DNA of 64,000 bases from contig OZ024765.1 of the NCBI GenBank assembly GCA_964016885.1, positions 19,964,001 through 20,028,000 of the forward strand, written 5' to 3'. Positions 41,978-55,241 of this stretch are shown here, in pieces. A program made the position numbers and the translations under genes. The number at the start of each line of letters is the position of its first letter. Position 1 is the stretch's first letter. Origin of the DNA: Eledone cirrhosa. Its lineage: Eukaryota. A model generated the notes under the pieces. It worked only from the letters and a program-made list of their open reading frames with translations. It was not told where the DNA came from and searched no databases.

Positions 41978-42582
41978 AAATTTACAGTATTACAGTAAAG
42001 ACTTTAATATTTAATGTGATGTAGTCATAGTGTTGTTTTGTACTAAATGTTTATAGTATATTTACTGGTAGACAGATTGTTGTGAAAATTTACAGTATTA
42101 CAGTAAAGACTTTAATATCTAATGTGATGTAGTCATAGTGTGGTTTTGTACTAAATGTTTATAGTATCTTTACTGGTGGACAGATTGTTGTGAAAATTTA
42201 CAGTATTACAGTAAAGACTTTAATATTTAATGTGATGTAGTCATAGTGTTGTTTTGTACTAAATGTTTATAGTATCTTTACTGGTGGACAGATTGTTGTG
42301 AAAATTTACAGTATTACAGTAAAGACTTTAATATTTAATGTGATGCAGTCATAGTGTTGTTTTGTACTAAATGTTTATAGTATCTTTACTGGTGGACATA
42401 TTGTTGTGAAAATTTACAGTATTACAGTAAAGACTTTAATATCTAATGTGATGTAGTCATAGTGTTGTTTTGTACTAAATGTTTATAGTATCTTTACTGG
42501 TGGACAGATTGTTGTGAAAATTTACAGTATTACAGTAAAGACTTTAATATTTAATGTGATGCAGTCATAGTATTGTTTTGTA
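41978..42582. repeat. 108-bp tandem repeat, about 5.6 copies
   Basis: tttacagtattacag at 41981, 42089, 42197... Confidence 0.95.
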
Positions 42583-42684
42583 GTTTTCAAGAATGTCTTG
42601 CTAATATGGTTTTCTGTGGTACAGGACATTAAAACATAAAAGTGCCCATCACCGTAGAATGGAAGCGGTATATATGTTACTTAC

Positions 42685-42788
42685 CTGTTGTCCTTTGCCA
42701 GGTGTTTGTTGCTGTCCACAATCCCTAGTAAACTCCTTAAGTCTGCGAGATTCATTTGGGCAGAGATTTGACCATTTTCATCACCAAT
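42685..42788 (-). CDS. GPSM2: GPSM2 exon E (end of TPR domain)
   Basis: cacag|ATT...AG|gtaagt; IGDENGQISAQMNLADLRSLLGIVDSNKHLAKDN. Confidence 0.92.
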
Positions 42789-42886
42789 CTGTGAGGGTGG
42801 GGCAGGATGAGATGGGGAGGGGGGAATAAACAAATATAATTTTGTGATTAGACATCATCATCACCACCACCATCATCATCATCATC

Positions 42887-43988
42887 AATTTGGAGAAGTA
42901 GCTGCTCTACCTGGAGTGACTCTCTGATCTCCGAGCTACAAATTTACAAATCAGTCCAGCAATTCTTTCCTGAGACATTCTAACCACATGTCCATAGTAT
43001 CAGAACTGTGATCTCTCAATTCAGAGAAGTAGCAGCTCTACCTGGAGTGACTCTCTGATCTCTGAGCTACAAATCTGTCCAGTGATTCTTTCCTGAGATA
43101 TTCTAACCCCATGTCCATAGTATCAGAGCTGTGATCTCTCAATTCAGAGAAGTAGCAGCTCTACCTGGAGTGACTCTCTGATCTCTGAGCTACAAATCTG
43201 TCCAGTGATTCTTTCCTGAGATATTCTAACCCCATGTCCATAGTATCAGAGCTGTGATCTCTCAATTCAGGGAAGTAGCAGCTCTACCTGGAGTGACTCT
43301 CTGATCTCTGAGCTACAAATCTGTCCAGTGATTCTTTCCTGAGATATTCTAACCACATGTCCATAGTATCAGAGCTGTGATCTCTCAATTCAGAGAAGTA
43401 GCAGCTCTACCTGTAGTGACTCTCTGATCTCTGAGCTACAAATCTGTCCAGTGATTCTTTCCTGAGATATTCTAACCCCATGTCCATAGTTTCAGAGCTG
43501 TGATCTCTCAATTCAGAGAAGTAGTAGCTCTACCTGGAGTGACTCTCTGATCTCTGAGCTACAAATCTGTCCAGTGATTCTTTCCTGAGATATTCTAACC
43601 CCATGTCCATAGTTTCAGAGCTGAGATCTCTCAATTCAGAGAAGTAGCAGCTCTACCTGGAGTGACTCTCTGATCTCTGAGCTACAAATCTGTCCAGTGA
43701 TTCTTTCCTGAGATATTCTAACCCCATGTCCATAGTATCAGAGCTGTGATCTCTCAATTCAGAGAAGTAGCAGCTCTACCTGGAGTGACTCTCTGATCTC
43801 TGAGCTACAAATCTGTCCAGTGATTCTTTCCTGAGACATTCTAACCCCATGTCCATAGTATCAGAGCTGTGATCTCTCAATTCAGAGAAGTAGTAGCTCT
43901 ACCTGGAGTGACTCTCTGATCTCTGAGCTACAAATCTGTCCAGCAATTCTTTCCTAAGACATTCTAACCCCATGTCCATAGTATCAGA
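42887..43988. repeat. 123-bp tandem repeat, about 9 copies
   Basis: aattcagagaagtagcagctctacc at 43018, 43141, 43264...; fills most of intron D-E. Confidence 0.95.
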
Positions 43989-44077
43989 CAAAACCGGTTA
44001 GTTTGGTCCATAAAATTTGTCCATCAAACCCCGCAAAACAAAACACAAAACGAAAAAGAAAAAAAAATAGAACTTAC

Positions 44078-44342
44078 CTCTTTCGATATATGCAAATGTT
44101 TGCTCGTAAACTGCAACGCTTTCTCATGGTTACCAAGTGCCGTGTAAGCATTGCCTAAACTCCAACAAGCTCTCCCCTCTCCCACTCTGTCGGCCAGTTG
44201 CTGGGCAATCTCCAGATGTCGTAGGTGAAATTCGATGGCTTTTTCGTAGTCCCTTAGTAAGGTATAGGTGTTGCCCAAGCTGTAGCATGCTTGGGCCTCT
44301 AAAGCTTGGTCTAGCAACTGTTTGGCAATTTGTAAAGTTTTG
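44078..44342 (-). CDS. GPSM2: GPSM2 exon D (TPRs)
   Basis: ctccag|C AAA...GAG|gtaag; KTLQIAKQLLDQALEAQACYSLGNTYTLLRDYEKAIEFHLRHLEIAQQLADRVGEGRACWSLGNAYTALGNHEKALQFTSKHLHISKE. Confidence 0.96.
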
Positions 44343-44715
44343 CTGGAGGGGGGAAGAAAAAGAAAAAATAAGTAATTTTAAGACATAGAAGTTAAATATA
44401 AGGGAAAGAAAGAAAGAAAGACACAAACACCCACACAGCCATATATATATATATATATATATACACACCCACACACAGTGACACACATATACACACAGTG
44501 ACAGATATATATATATATATATCTATATATATATATATATACACACACACAGTGACATATCATTATCATTTAACGTCTATCTTCCACGCTAGCATGGGTT
44601 AGACGGGAGTTGTCCCACTTGAGGCAAGATTGGTCGGGTGACCGTGTCTCACTCGTATAGGACTTATCTGGCAGCTTTTCTACGGCTGGATGCCCTTCCT
44701 AACACACACACACAG

Positions 44716-44763
<48 letters not shown>

Positions 44764-44887
44764 GTTTAACTCCGACGGCAGAGCTCAAGCCGTTTCAACA
44801 GCTATTTCCCACTCTACTACCCTAAGTATTGAGTACTCTGGTGCGTTATGGTCCATCTGGTTCCTTACCACACCTCCTTCGTTATAC

Positions 44888-45222
44888 ATCATCATCATCA
44901 TTTTACGTCCGCTTTTCCTGCTTGCAAGGGTGGGACGGGAACTGATTCTGGCTTGATTTCTACAGCTGGATGCCCTTCCTAATACCAACCTCATTTACAG
45001 TGAGTGCTGGGTGCTTTTTTGCCGTGGCACCTCCACAACCACTTTGCGGTGGAATGATAGGGACCCCAGTCCCTATCATCTCATTTCTACAGCTGAGTAA
45101 ACTGGAGCAATGTGAAATAAAGTGTCTTGCTCAAGGACACAACACATCACCCGGTCTGAGAATTTAACTCACAACCTTTCGATTGCAAGGCCAATGCTCT
45201 AACCACTAAGCCATGTGCCTCC
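44888..45222 (-). mobile_element. SINE-A
   Basis: Reverse-complement copy. Confidence 0.85.
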
Positions 45223-45251
45223 ATATATATATATATATATAAATATATATA

Positions 45252-45420
45252 CAGTAAAGCCAGAGTTCTGGTGTTTCTCCAGCACAAGGCGTATACAATA
45301 GTCCACTGCGATGATAAAAAGGTAGGGAGCCAATGTATCTCCCTGGAGTACTCCAGCCAGTATCTCAAAGAACTCCGTCATCCCGTCAGGTGTAATGCCT
45401 TAGGCTTTGGTGTAGAGCAG
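45252..45420 (-). mobile_element. non-LTR reverse transcriptase fragment
   Basis: TPDGMTEFFEILAGVLQGDTLAPYLFIIAVD (GVxQG..L.P.LF RT motif). Confidence 0.85.
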
Positions 45421-45430
45421 TGATATCAGG

Positions 45431-46172
45431 TCCACTAAAAGTCAGCTCGAAATTAATACAGAGGAGACTGAAGTTAGCTAGACATGCTCACCAACATCCA
45501 GAATTGACACTGCACTCAGTGCTCCTGTGGGAGCCTCTACATGGACACACTGGAAGAGGGAGACTGAGGTTAGCTGGACATGCTCACCAACATCCAGAAT
45601 TGACACTGCACTCAGTGCTCCTGTGGGAGCCCCTACATGGACACACTAGAAGAGGGAGACCGAGGTTAGCTGGACATGCTCACCAACATCCAGAATTGAC
45701 ACTGCACTCAGTGCTCCTGTGGGAGCCCCTACATGGACACACTGGAAGAGGGAGACCGAGGTTAGCTGGACATGCTCACCAACATCCAGAATTGACAATG
45801 CACTCAGTGCTCCTGTGGGAGCCCCTACATGGACACACTAGAAGAGGGAGACCGAGGTTAGCTGGACATGCTCACCAACATCCAGAATTGACACTGCACT
45901 CAGTGCTCCTGTGGGAGCCCCTACATGGACACACTAGAAGAGGGAGACCGAAGTTAGCTAGACATGCTCACCAACATCCAGAGTTGACACTGCACTCAGT
46001 GCTCCTGTGAGAGCCCCTACATGGACACACTAGAAGAAGGAGACCGAGGTTAACGTATGTTGATGCCCTAAGGACAGACACTGGTCTGTTGGAGACGCAG
46101 GACATGGCAGCGATAATGAGGGACAGAGACCGCTGGAGAGAACTTGTCCATGGATCACGGGAATTTTACCCG
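45431..46172 (+). mobile_element. RTE-like LINE 3' remnant (family 1) with 6x 96-bp internal tandem repeat
   Basis: [32 protein letters not shown] repeated, then same 3' end as 22503-22796. Confidence 0.85.
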
Positions 46173-47254
46173 ATATATGATATATATATATATATACACA
46201 GCGACACATATATATATATATACACAAGAATATAAAAAACAAGATACAATATAATGTTAAAAATCAATAATTCCAGTGAAATATACTGACCAGAAATAGG
46301 TTGAAAATATCTCACTAAATAGATACATATTGTTGTGGTTGTTGTTGTTGTAGTAGTGGTGGCGGGGTTGGTGTTGTTGTAGTAGTGGTAGTAGTGATGT
46401 TGGTGGTGTTGTAGTGGTGTTGGTGGTGGTAGTAGTGGTGTTGGTGGTGTTGTAGTGGTGGTGGTGTTGATGGTGTTGTTGTAGTGGTGTTGTTGTAGTG
46501 GTGGTGGTGTTGATGGTGTTGTTGTTGTTGTAGTGGTGGTGGTGTTGTTGTAGTGGTGGTGGTGTTGATGGTGTTGTTGTTGTAGTGGCGGTGGTAGTGG
46601 TGGTGGTGTTGATGGTGTTGTTGTTGTTGTAGTGGTGGTGGTGGTGTTGGTGGTGTTGTGGTGGTGGTGTTGCGGTGGTGGTAGTAGTGGTGGTGGTGTT
46701 GTAGTGGTGGTGGTGGTGTTGTTGTTGTAGTGGTGGTAGTAGTGGGGGTAGTAGTGGTGGTGGTGTTGGTGGTGTTGTTGTTGTAGTGGTGGTAGTAGTG
46801 CTAGTAGTGGTGGTGGTGTTGTGGTGTTGGTTGTTGTTGTTGGTGGTGGTGGTGGTGTTGTTGTGGTTGGTGTGGTGGTGTTGTGTTACTAGTGTGGTGG
46901 TGTTGTGGTATTGTGTTAACAGTGTGGTGGTGTTGTAGTTGGTGGTGGTGGTGTTGTGTTACTAGTGTGGTGGTGTTGTAGTTGGTGGATTGGCAGTATC
47001 GGTAGAGGGTCGAACGCCATGCTTTACAGCAAAGAGTTACGGCCCTTTATGATCTGAGTTCAAATCTCGCCAAGGTTAACTTTGCCCTTCATCCTTACGG
47101 GGTCGATAAAATAAAGTACCAGTAATGTACTGGGATAATTGCTGGCCTTGTGCCAAAAGTAAAAAGTTATACAATAATATATGTAGCAATAAACACAGTA
47201 AATCGCGAGGTATTTCACCCCTCGTAATTTTAGACACGATTTACTGCTTATTAC

Positions 47255-47324
<70 letters not shown>

Positions 47325-47366
47325 GTGTGCGTGTATATATGCCTGTATATATATATAGTCTCTGTG

Positions 47367-47419
<53 letters not shown>

Positions 47420-47451
47420 GCCTGTATATATATATAGTCTCTGTGTATATA

Positions 47452-47488
<37 letters not shown>

Positions 47489-47532
47489 GCCTGTATATAT
47501 ATATATATATATATATATAGATAGTCTGTGTG

Positions 47533-47571
<39 letters not shown>

Positions 47572-47619
47572 CTATATATATGCCTGTATATATATATATA
47601 TATAGTCTCTGTGTATATA

Positions 47620-47652
<33 letters not shown>

Positions 47653-47654
47653 GC

Positions 47655-47693
<39 letters not shown>

Positions 47694-47731
47694 GTGTGTG
47701 TGTGTGTGTGCGTGTGCGTCTATATATATGC

Positions 47732-47772
<41 letters not shown>

Positions 47773-47824
47773 GTGTATATACAGGCTTGTATATAGACGC
47801 ACACATATATATAATCACTGTGTA

Positions 47825-47869
<45 letters not shown>

Positions 47870-48121
47870 TAACAAGTAGAGAGCTCCACTATATCATGAG
47901 AAGACAATCCACAGCTGAGTTATTTACAACCAACCATGTTGGGTAAAACTATATCCAAGGTAATATCCAGAGGTAAGTTCCAGTAGTAACACTTATGTAA
48001 CATCGCAAACCAACAACCCAAACATATAACTGGTATCAAGACATTTCAGAGCTACACAGTTCAATTCTTCATAGCAATTGCTCGCCACCTTTCCTTCTAT
48101 TTCTTCTTCTTTGCCTTCTTT

Positions 48122-48720
48122 GATAAAATAAAGTACCAGTAATGCACTGGGATAATTGCTGGCCTTGTGCCAAAAATAGAAACAATTATTATTATTATAA
48201 CATGGACGCCATGCTTTGCAGCATAGAGTTAAGTCCCTTTACGGCCTGAGTTCAAATCCCGCCGAGGTTAACTTTGCCTTTCATCCTTACGGGGTCGATA
48301 AAATAAAGTACCAGTAATGCACTGGGATAATTGCTGGCCTTGTGCCAAAAATAGAAACAATTATTATTATTATTATAACATGGACGCCATGCTTTGCAGC
48401 ATAGAGTTAAGTCCCTTTACGGTCTGAGTTCAAATCCCGCCGAGGTTAACTTTGCCTTTCATCCTTACGGGGTCGATAAAATAAAGTACCAGTAATACAC
48501 TGGGATAATTGCTGGCCTTGTGCCAAAAATAGAAACAATTATTATTATTATTATAACATGGACGCCATGCTTTGCAGCATAGAGTTAAGTCCCTTTACGG
48601 TCTGAGTTCAAATCCCGCCGAGGTTAACTTTGCCTTTCATCCTTACGGGGTCGATAAAATAAAGTACCAGTAATACACTGGGTCTTTGCTGGCCTTGTGT
48701 CTAACGTAGAAACAATTATT
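48122..48720 (+). mobile_element. tandem trimer of 5'-truncated SINE-B (about 180-bp unit)
   Basis: Three near-identical units with identical junctions (attataacatggacgcc). Confidence 0.8.
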
Positions 48721-48973
48721 ATAAAATAAACGGCCAGCACAGAGTTGTGTGTGGTAGTGTGTGTGTGTGTGTGGTAGTGTGTGAGTATATGTGTGTGTGT
48801 TAGTGTGTATATATATATATGTGTGTGTGTGTGTCAGTATGTATATATATATATATATATATGTGAGAGTATGTCTGTGTCAGTGTATATATATATATGT
48901 GTGTGTGTGGTAGTGTGTGTGTATATGTGTGTGTGTTAGTGTGTATATATATATATGTGTGTGTGTGTGTCAG

Positions 48974-49011
<38 letters not shown>

Positions 49012-49063
49012 AGAGTATGTCTGTGTCAGTGTATATATATATATGTGTGTGTGTGTCTGTGGC

Positions 49064-49098
<35 letters not shown>

Positions 49099-49148
49099 GC
49101 GTGTGTAAAGGAGATAGCGTTATGTAGGAAATTAATAACAATGGTTAT

Positions 49149-49179
<31 letters not shown>

Positions 49180-49210
49180 GCATAGAAATATATGTATGTA
49201 TATATATAGA

Positions 49211-49255
<45 letters not shown>

Positions 49256-49311
49256 CACACACACATATTTATATGTGTGTGTGTATGTATGTATATATAT
49301 ATATATATAGA

Positions 49312-49356
<45 letters not shown>

Positions 49357-51462
49357 CATACACACACACATATTTATATGCGTATATATATATATATATA
49401 TGTATATATACACATAAACACACATATATATATACACACACACACATATAGTAGGCTAATTAGTGGCTGTTACGAGGTGTGGTAGAGGATGAGGATGTGG
49501 TGGTGGGAGGGAGAGAGAGAGAGGGAGGGAGGGAAAGGAGAGAGAGGGGGTGTAGTAGGAGGTAAGAATGTGTCCAAAAAAACAGACCTCCCTCCATCCC
49601 CCCACAGCACACCACCACCACCACCACCACTACAACAACCAACAACACCACCACTACCATTTCCTGGGAGTCAACCATCCTTTTTCTATTACAGCACTAT
49701 TTCAGTAAATGTGGTTGAGTATTCCACGGACACGTGAACCCTTTAACCCCTTCATGACCACATTTCTAAGGAAACGTACTCCATTTTAATTAACTAGGGT
49801 ATTCTTTCAACACACTGACATGTATGTGTACATGTGTATGAGGGTGTGTATGTGTACACACATACGTTCACACAAACATATACAGTCACACACACACACA
49901 CAGTGTAGTAAATGAAACGCCAGCTGCTGTTTTGCTAGTTTTTTTTTACCATCCTCTTCCTCACTTTTACACACACATACATTCATAAAAATACACACAC
50001 ATTGTGTGATGGATGGACAGATGGCTGTCTCTCATATTTATATATAGATAGATTAAAGAAGAATTTTGAGGGATTTACTAAAATTAATTATTTCATTTCT
50101 AAGACATATGGTTCATCATCACCATCATCATCATCGTTTAACGTCCATTTTCCACGCTAGCATGGGTCTGGACGGGAATTGTCCCACTTGAGGCAAGATT
50201 GGTTGTCTTGTACAGGACTGTCTACGGCTGGATGCCCTTCCCAACACCAACCACGTTTACAGTGTGGACTGGGAGGTTTTTACCGTGTTACCTACACGGC
50301 CACATTACAGCGTGGACTGTGTGTTTTTTTGTCGTGACACCTACACGACCTCATTTATTTAGGACTGGATGTTGTGGTACCAACATAGCTTTACATCGAA
50401 AGGGGTGGTGTAGATGGCGGTGGGGGTAGGGTTAGTGGGACGGGGGTGTATTTTGGTTAAGAGGTGCCTACTGACTGTAGGTTCTTATATAAAATTATGT
50501 TGGAAGATTTTAATTTAAATTGAAACCCTGTATTTCAATTAATTAATGAAGAATTTTGAGTGATTTACTAAAATTATTATTTCATTACTTTGAAAAATTT
50601 ATTTTAAATAGGAACTCTGTAACATTTTCAAGACCATCTAAACTATAATAAAGTAAGGAGTACGGGACTGCGTACAGAATATATTGTTTTTATCCCGTTT
50701 GTAAAATAAGTTGGATTACTTTGAATAAATAATGAATGAATATTACATAATTTATCTACTGAATTTCGTTATTCTTGATTAAATATAAATAATTTTATTA
50801 CTTATTTAAAGATTCACTTCTTTAAAATTTTCAAATGTCAACACTTCCGGTTAGCGATCGCTTAAATAAACAGTCATAAATTTCTGTCAATGGATTACGT
50901 TACTGATTACATAAGACAGTGTAACGCAGTCTTCATTCAATTTCTGTGTATTATATATTTTCAATTATGATTTTATTTGATGTATCATATCTACATGTAT
51001 ATATACCTGTGTATAATATCAATATACACACTACACAGGCTAGCAGAAATCCACCCGAGGGGTGATTTTTCTGCTAGTATTTCTAATGATATAAAGCAGG
51101 TCTCGGAAACCTTTTTTGGGTAATGGGCCCCACATAGGATGTGGCTCATCATAAGGCAGGTGCCATAACTAAAACATGCAGAGTTAATTTAAAACTAGGT
51201 GTGCCATTCAGAAAGCCAGGGGGCAGTTTGGCCATGTCTGGTATACCTTGTATTTCAATTAGTTAATGAAGAATTTTGAGGGATTTATTTAAAATAATTA
51301 TTTCATTACTAAGACAGTAACTTAACCTGTTAGTGTTCAAACCGGCCAAAACCGGCCAGAATTCTTTACCTCTTTCTGTTGAAACTGGCTGTAACTGGTC
51401 ACTGAAACTGATGTTAAGGGATTGTTTTCAAAATAAATACTTTCAACATCTCATAGATTCGA

Positions 51463-52473
51463 TATTATGTGAGATAATTATGTGAGGTAAAGCCTTTACT
51501 GTGAAAATACAATAGTATATATAGAGTAATGTAAATGTTATGTGAGATATTATGTGAGGTAAAGACTTTACTGTGAAAATACAATAGTATATATAGAGTA
51601 ATGTAAATGTTATGTGAGATATTATGTGCGGTAAAGACTTTACTGTGAAAATACAATAGTATATATAGAATAATGTAAATGTTATGTGAGATATTATGTG
51701 AGATAAAGCCTTTACTGTGAAAATACAATAGTATATATAGAGTAATGTAAATGTTATGTGAGATATTATGTGCGGTAAAGTCTTTACTGTGAAAATACAA
51801 TAGTATATATAGAGTAATGTAAATGTTATGTGAGATATTATGTGAGGTAAAGCCTTTACCATTAAAATACAATAGTATATATAGAGTAATGTAAATGTTA
51901 TATGAGATATTATGTGCGGTAAAGCCTTTACTGTGAAAATACAATAGTATATATAGTGTAATGTAAATGTTATGTGAGATATTATGTGAGGTAAAGACTT
52001 TACTGTGAAAATACAATGGTATATATAGAGTAATGTAAATGTTATGTGAGGTATTATGTGAGGTAAAGCCTTTACCATTAAAATACAATAGTATATATAG
52101 AGTAATGTAAATGTTATGTGAGATATTATGTGAGGTAAAGACTTTACCATTAAAATACAATAGTATATATAGTGTAATGTAAATGTTATGTGAGATATTA
52201 TGTGAGGTAAAGACTTTACTGTGAAAATACAATAGTATATATAGAATAATGTAAATCTTATGTGAGATATTATGTGAGGTAAAGCCTTTACTGTGACAAT
52301 ACAATAGTATATATAGAGTAATGTAAATGTTATGTGAGGTATTATGTGAGGTAAAGCCTTTACTGTGAAAATACAATAGTATATATAGAGTAATGTAAAT
52401 GTTATGTGAGATATTATGTGAGGTAAAGAGTTTACTGTGAAAATACAATAGTATATATAGAGTAATGTAAATG
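51463..52473. repeat. 72-bp tandem repeat, about 14 copies (about 3 more at 53345-53572)
   Basis: tgtgaggtaaagcctttactgtgaaaatacaatag... Confidence 0.95.
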
Positions 52474-52917
52474 CTAAAGGGTTAATGTAAGGTTCTTATA
52501 TAAAATTATTTCAATTCTAAGACAGTAACTTGATGTAAGGTTGTTATATAAAATTATGTTGGAGGGATTTCAATTTATATAGGAAGACGCAGTAGAGGAA
52601 GAGCACGAAAAACATGAAGCTCACGGAGGAGATGATGAAGGACCTTGATGAATGGTGAGATGCTGTGCTGAATAGGACCCGTCCCACCCATGCAAGCAGG
52701 GAAAACCGGTCGTAAAATGATGATGATAATAGGAACCTTGTATTTCAATTAATTAATGAAATGTGAAAATTTACAGTATTACAGTAAAGACTTTAATATT
52801 TCAAGAATAAAGTAATGTTTTGTAGTTTAGAAACATGTCATGCCAATGTGGCTTCATGTGGAACAGGACGTTTAAGAGTCACAAAAAAAAACAGTCTATA
52901 TTGTAGGCTTTACTCAC

Positions 52918-53033
52918 TGATAATGTTCAGCAGCATTTTCAAATTCGGCGAGAAATATGTAGGCATTCCCTAGATTAGTGTAAGCTCTCCGCTCGGCAGA
53001 TCTGTCTCCAAATTCTTTAGCTATGGCTAACCT
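52918..53033 (-). CDS. GPSM2: GPSM2 exon C (TPR)
   Basis: ttttcag|AGG...CA|gtgagt; RLAIAKEFGDRSAERRAYTNLGNAYIFLAEFENAAEHY. Confidence 0.95.
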
Positions 53034-53846
53034 CTGAAAACAACAACAAATTAATGATTAAAAAAATAACAAAACAAAAAAAAAAAAAGCAATTAAACAA
53101 ATTAAGAAAGCCTAATGATTCAACAGTCGGATCTATCCACGATAATGCTTTGGGATCGTTAGCTAAGGATGACCACGGCCTCATCAAGCAAGAAAAAGAG
53201 AAGAAGAATGGTTTAAACCGGCCGTAACCAGCCAGAATTCTCTCACCTCTTTCTGTTCAAACCGGTTGTTACCGGCTGCTAGTACTTTCGTTCTTGAAAT
53301 ATATAATATTAAAATTCTTGAAATATATAATATTAAAATATATATTATGTGAGGTAAAGCCATTACTACAAAAAAATAATAGTAAATATAGAGTAATGTA
53401 AATGTGATGTGAGATATTATGTGAGGTAAAGACTTTACTGTGAAAATACAATAGTATATATAGAGTAATGTAAATGTTATGTGAGATATTATGTGAGGTA
53501 AAGCCTTTACTGTGAAAATACAATAGTATATATAGAGTAATGTAAATGTGATGTGAGGTAAAGCCTTTACCGTGACAAGTGGAGAGATGCTGTGCTGAAT
53601 AAGACCTGTCCCACCCTTGCAAGCAGGGAAAAGCAGATGTAAAATGATGATGATGATGATATATATATATATATATATATATATAGTATTAGTTATACTA
53701 TTTATGGTTATGTAAATACAAAACCTTATGCAGTTATAAGTATTTTACACACACCCTAAATAGTGGTAGGCAGTAATGTATTACTACCTTATTACCAGTA
53801 AGTTAAGTAGCTCAATGTAAAAACATCAGATGATTTACAGAGCAGT

Positions 53847-54402
53847 TATATGAAATATAAGAATCAAAGAACTGTTCAAAACATTATTGTGCTTACAGCT
53901 GTTTCCTCCAAACCGAGGTTTGGATTCTTCGGAGCAATTTATTAATGCATGGACAGTTATATGTCCTCCTTTTCAGCCGAGAGACATACCGATACATATT
54001 CAAACATTGATATATATTCAAACATTGTGGGTGAACATTCATTACAGAATTTAGAGTGGCAGTACACACTTCGAGATTACATTTATATTAAGAGGTACAA
54101 TCAAAAATCAAAAATACAGGTTAAAATACATGAAGATAACCGCTTATCTTCATGTTGTATTTTAACCTGTATTTTTGATTGTACCTCTTAATATAAATGT
54201 AATCTCGAAGTGTGTACTGCCACTCTAAATTCTGTAATGAATGTTGACCCACAATGTTTGAATATGTATCGGTATGTCTCTCGGCTGAAAAGGAGGTCAT
54301 ATAACTGTCCATGCATTAATAAATTGCTCCGAAGAATCCAAACCTCGGTTTGGAGGAAACAGCTGTAAGCACAATAATGTTTTGAACAGTTCTTTGATTC
54401 TT

Positions 54403-54414
<12 letters not shown>
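53847..54414. repeat. near-perfect inverted repeat, about 270-290-bp arms
   Basis: Arms meet at a ccgc loop near 54140; small indels. Confidence 0.95.
54324..54372 (+). ncRNA. hammerhead-like motif, U4C variant (mirror copy on - strand near 53900-53937)
   Basis: tgct-CCGAAGA-a-tccaaacc(tc)ggtttgga-g-GAA-ACAGCTGT-A-agca. Confidence 0.55.
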
Positions 54415-54435
<21 letters not shown>

Positions 54436-54483
54436 GCATACACACACATACTTGAAATAAAGGGAGATAATTGATCAACTTAC

Positions 54484-54607
54484 CCGTTCATGGTAGTGGA
54501 TGGCTTTCTTGAAATCCCCCAAAAGGTAGTAGGTATTTCCGAGGTTACCACAGGCCCGGCCCACTGAGGCCATATCAGCCAGTTCTTGGACAATGTCAAG
54601 GTTTTGT
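54484..54607 (-). CDS. GPSM2: GPSM2 exon B (TPR)
   Basis: tag|A CAA...CGG|gtaag; QNLDIVQELADMASVGRACGNLGNTYYLLGDFKKAIHYHER (not in ORF track). Confidence 0.95.
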
Positions 54608-54732
54608 CTACAAAAACATACACAATTAATTAGTTAATTAACAGGATTATAATTGTAATTAAACTATATATTAATTAATAATTAGCTGAGCCTCATTTCT
54701 TGAATTAATTAAAAACACGCACCAAGTATTAA

Positions 54733-54768
<36 letters not shown>

Positions 54769-54880
54769 GTGTGTGTACGTACGTACGTGTGTGTGTGTGT
54801 GTGTACAGGGTGTCCCAAAAGCTGGTTTTAGCCGGGGTCAATGTGAAAAAATGTTAGGAATAAAAAGAAGGGGTCCTTAC

Positions 54881-55023
54881 TCATAATAATCAGCAGCTTT
54901 TTGTAGGGTCTCTCGGACTTCTGGTGGGAACTCTCCAGGATCTTGTTGTCCATTACGGCCACAATGTTTCCCCTTGGTGTGGTAGACATTGCCGAGATTG
55001 TACAGGGCTCTAGCTTTGCCCAC
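54881..55023 (-). CDS. GPSM2: GPSM2 exon A (TPR region)
   Basis: cag|GTG...TAT GA|gtaag; VGKARALYNLGNVYHTKGKHCGRNGQQDPGEFPPEVRETLQKAADYYE. Confidence 0.95.
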
Positions 55024-55241
55024 CTGACAGTAGGGAGAGAGGAGATATATTAGAGTGACAGATACATAGATATACATATAGAGAGAGGGGGTGGGGAGAG
55101 AGAGCGAGAGGGGGGGAGAAGGAGAGAGAGAGAAACATGACAACCCATCTAATTCTTCCAAGCATGGAAAATAGATGCATGATGATGATGATGATATATG
55201 TGTGTGTAAAGATATAAAAAAAAATGTATATATATATCTAG

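Larger units (their letters stand above)
15554..55023 (-). other. GPSM2: GPSM2/LGN/Pins-like gene span (5'-partial; 11 coding exons in window, labelled A-K)
   Basis: Exon lengths 143+124+116+265+104+59+86+189+193+191+204 = 1674 nt. All have GT-AG boundaries with compatible phases, giving LGN-containing TPR repeats followed by 4 GoLoco motifs. No upstream exon found in 55024-64000. Confidence 0.95.
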
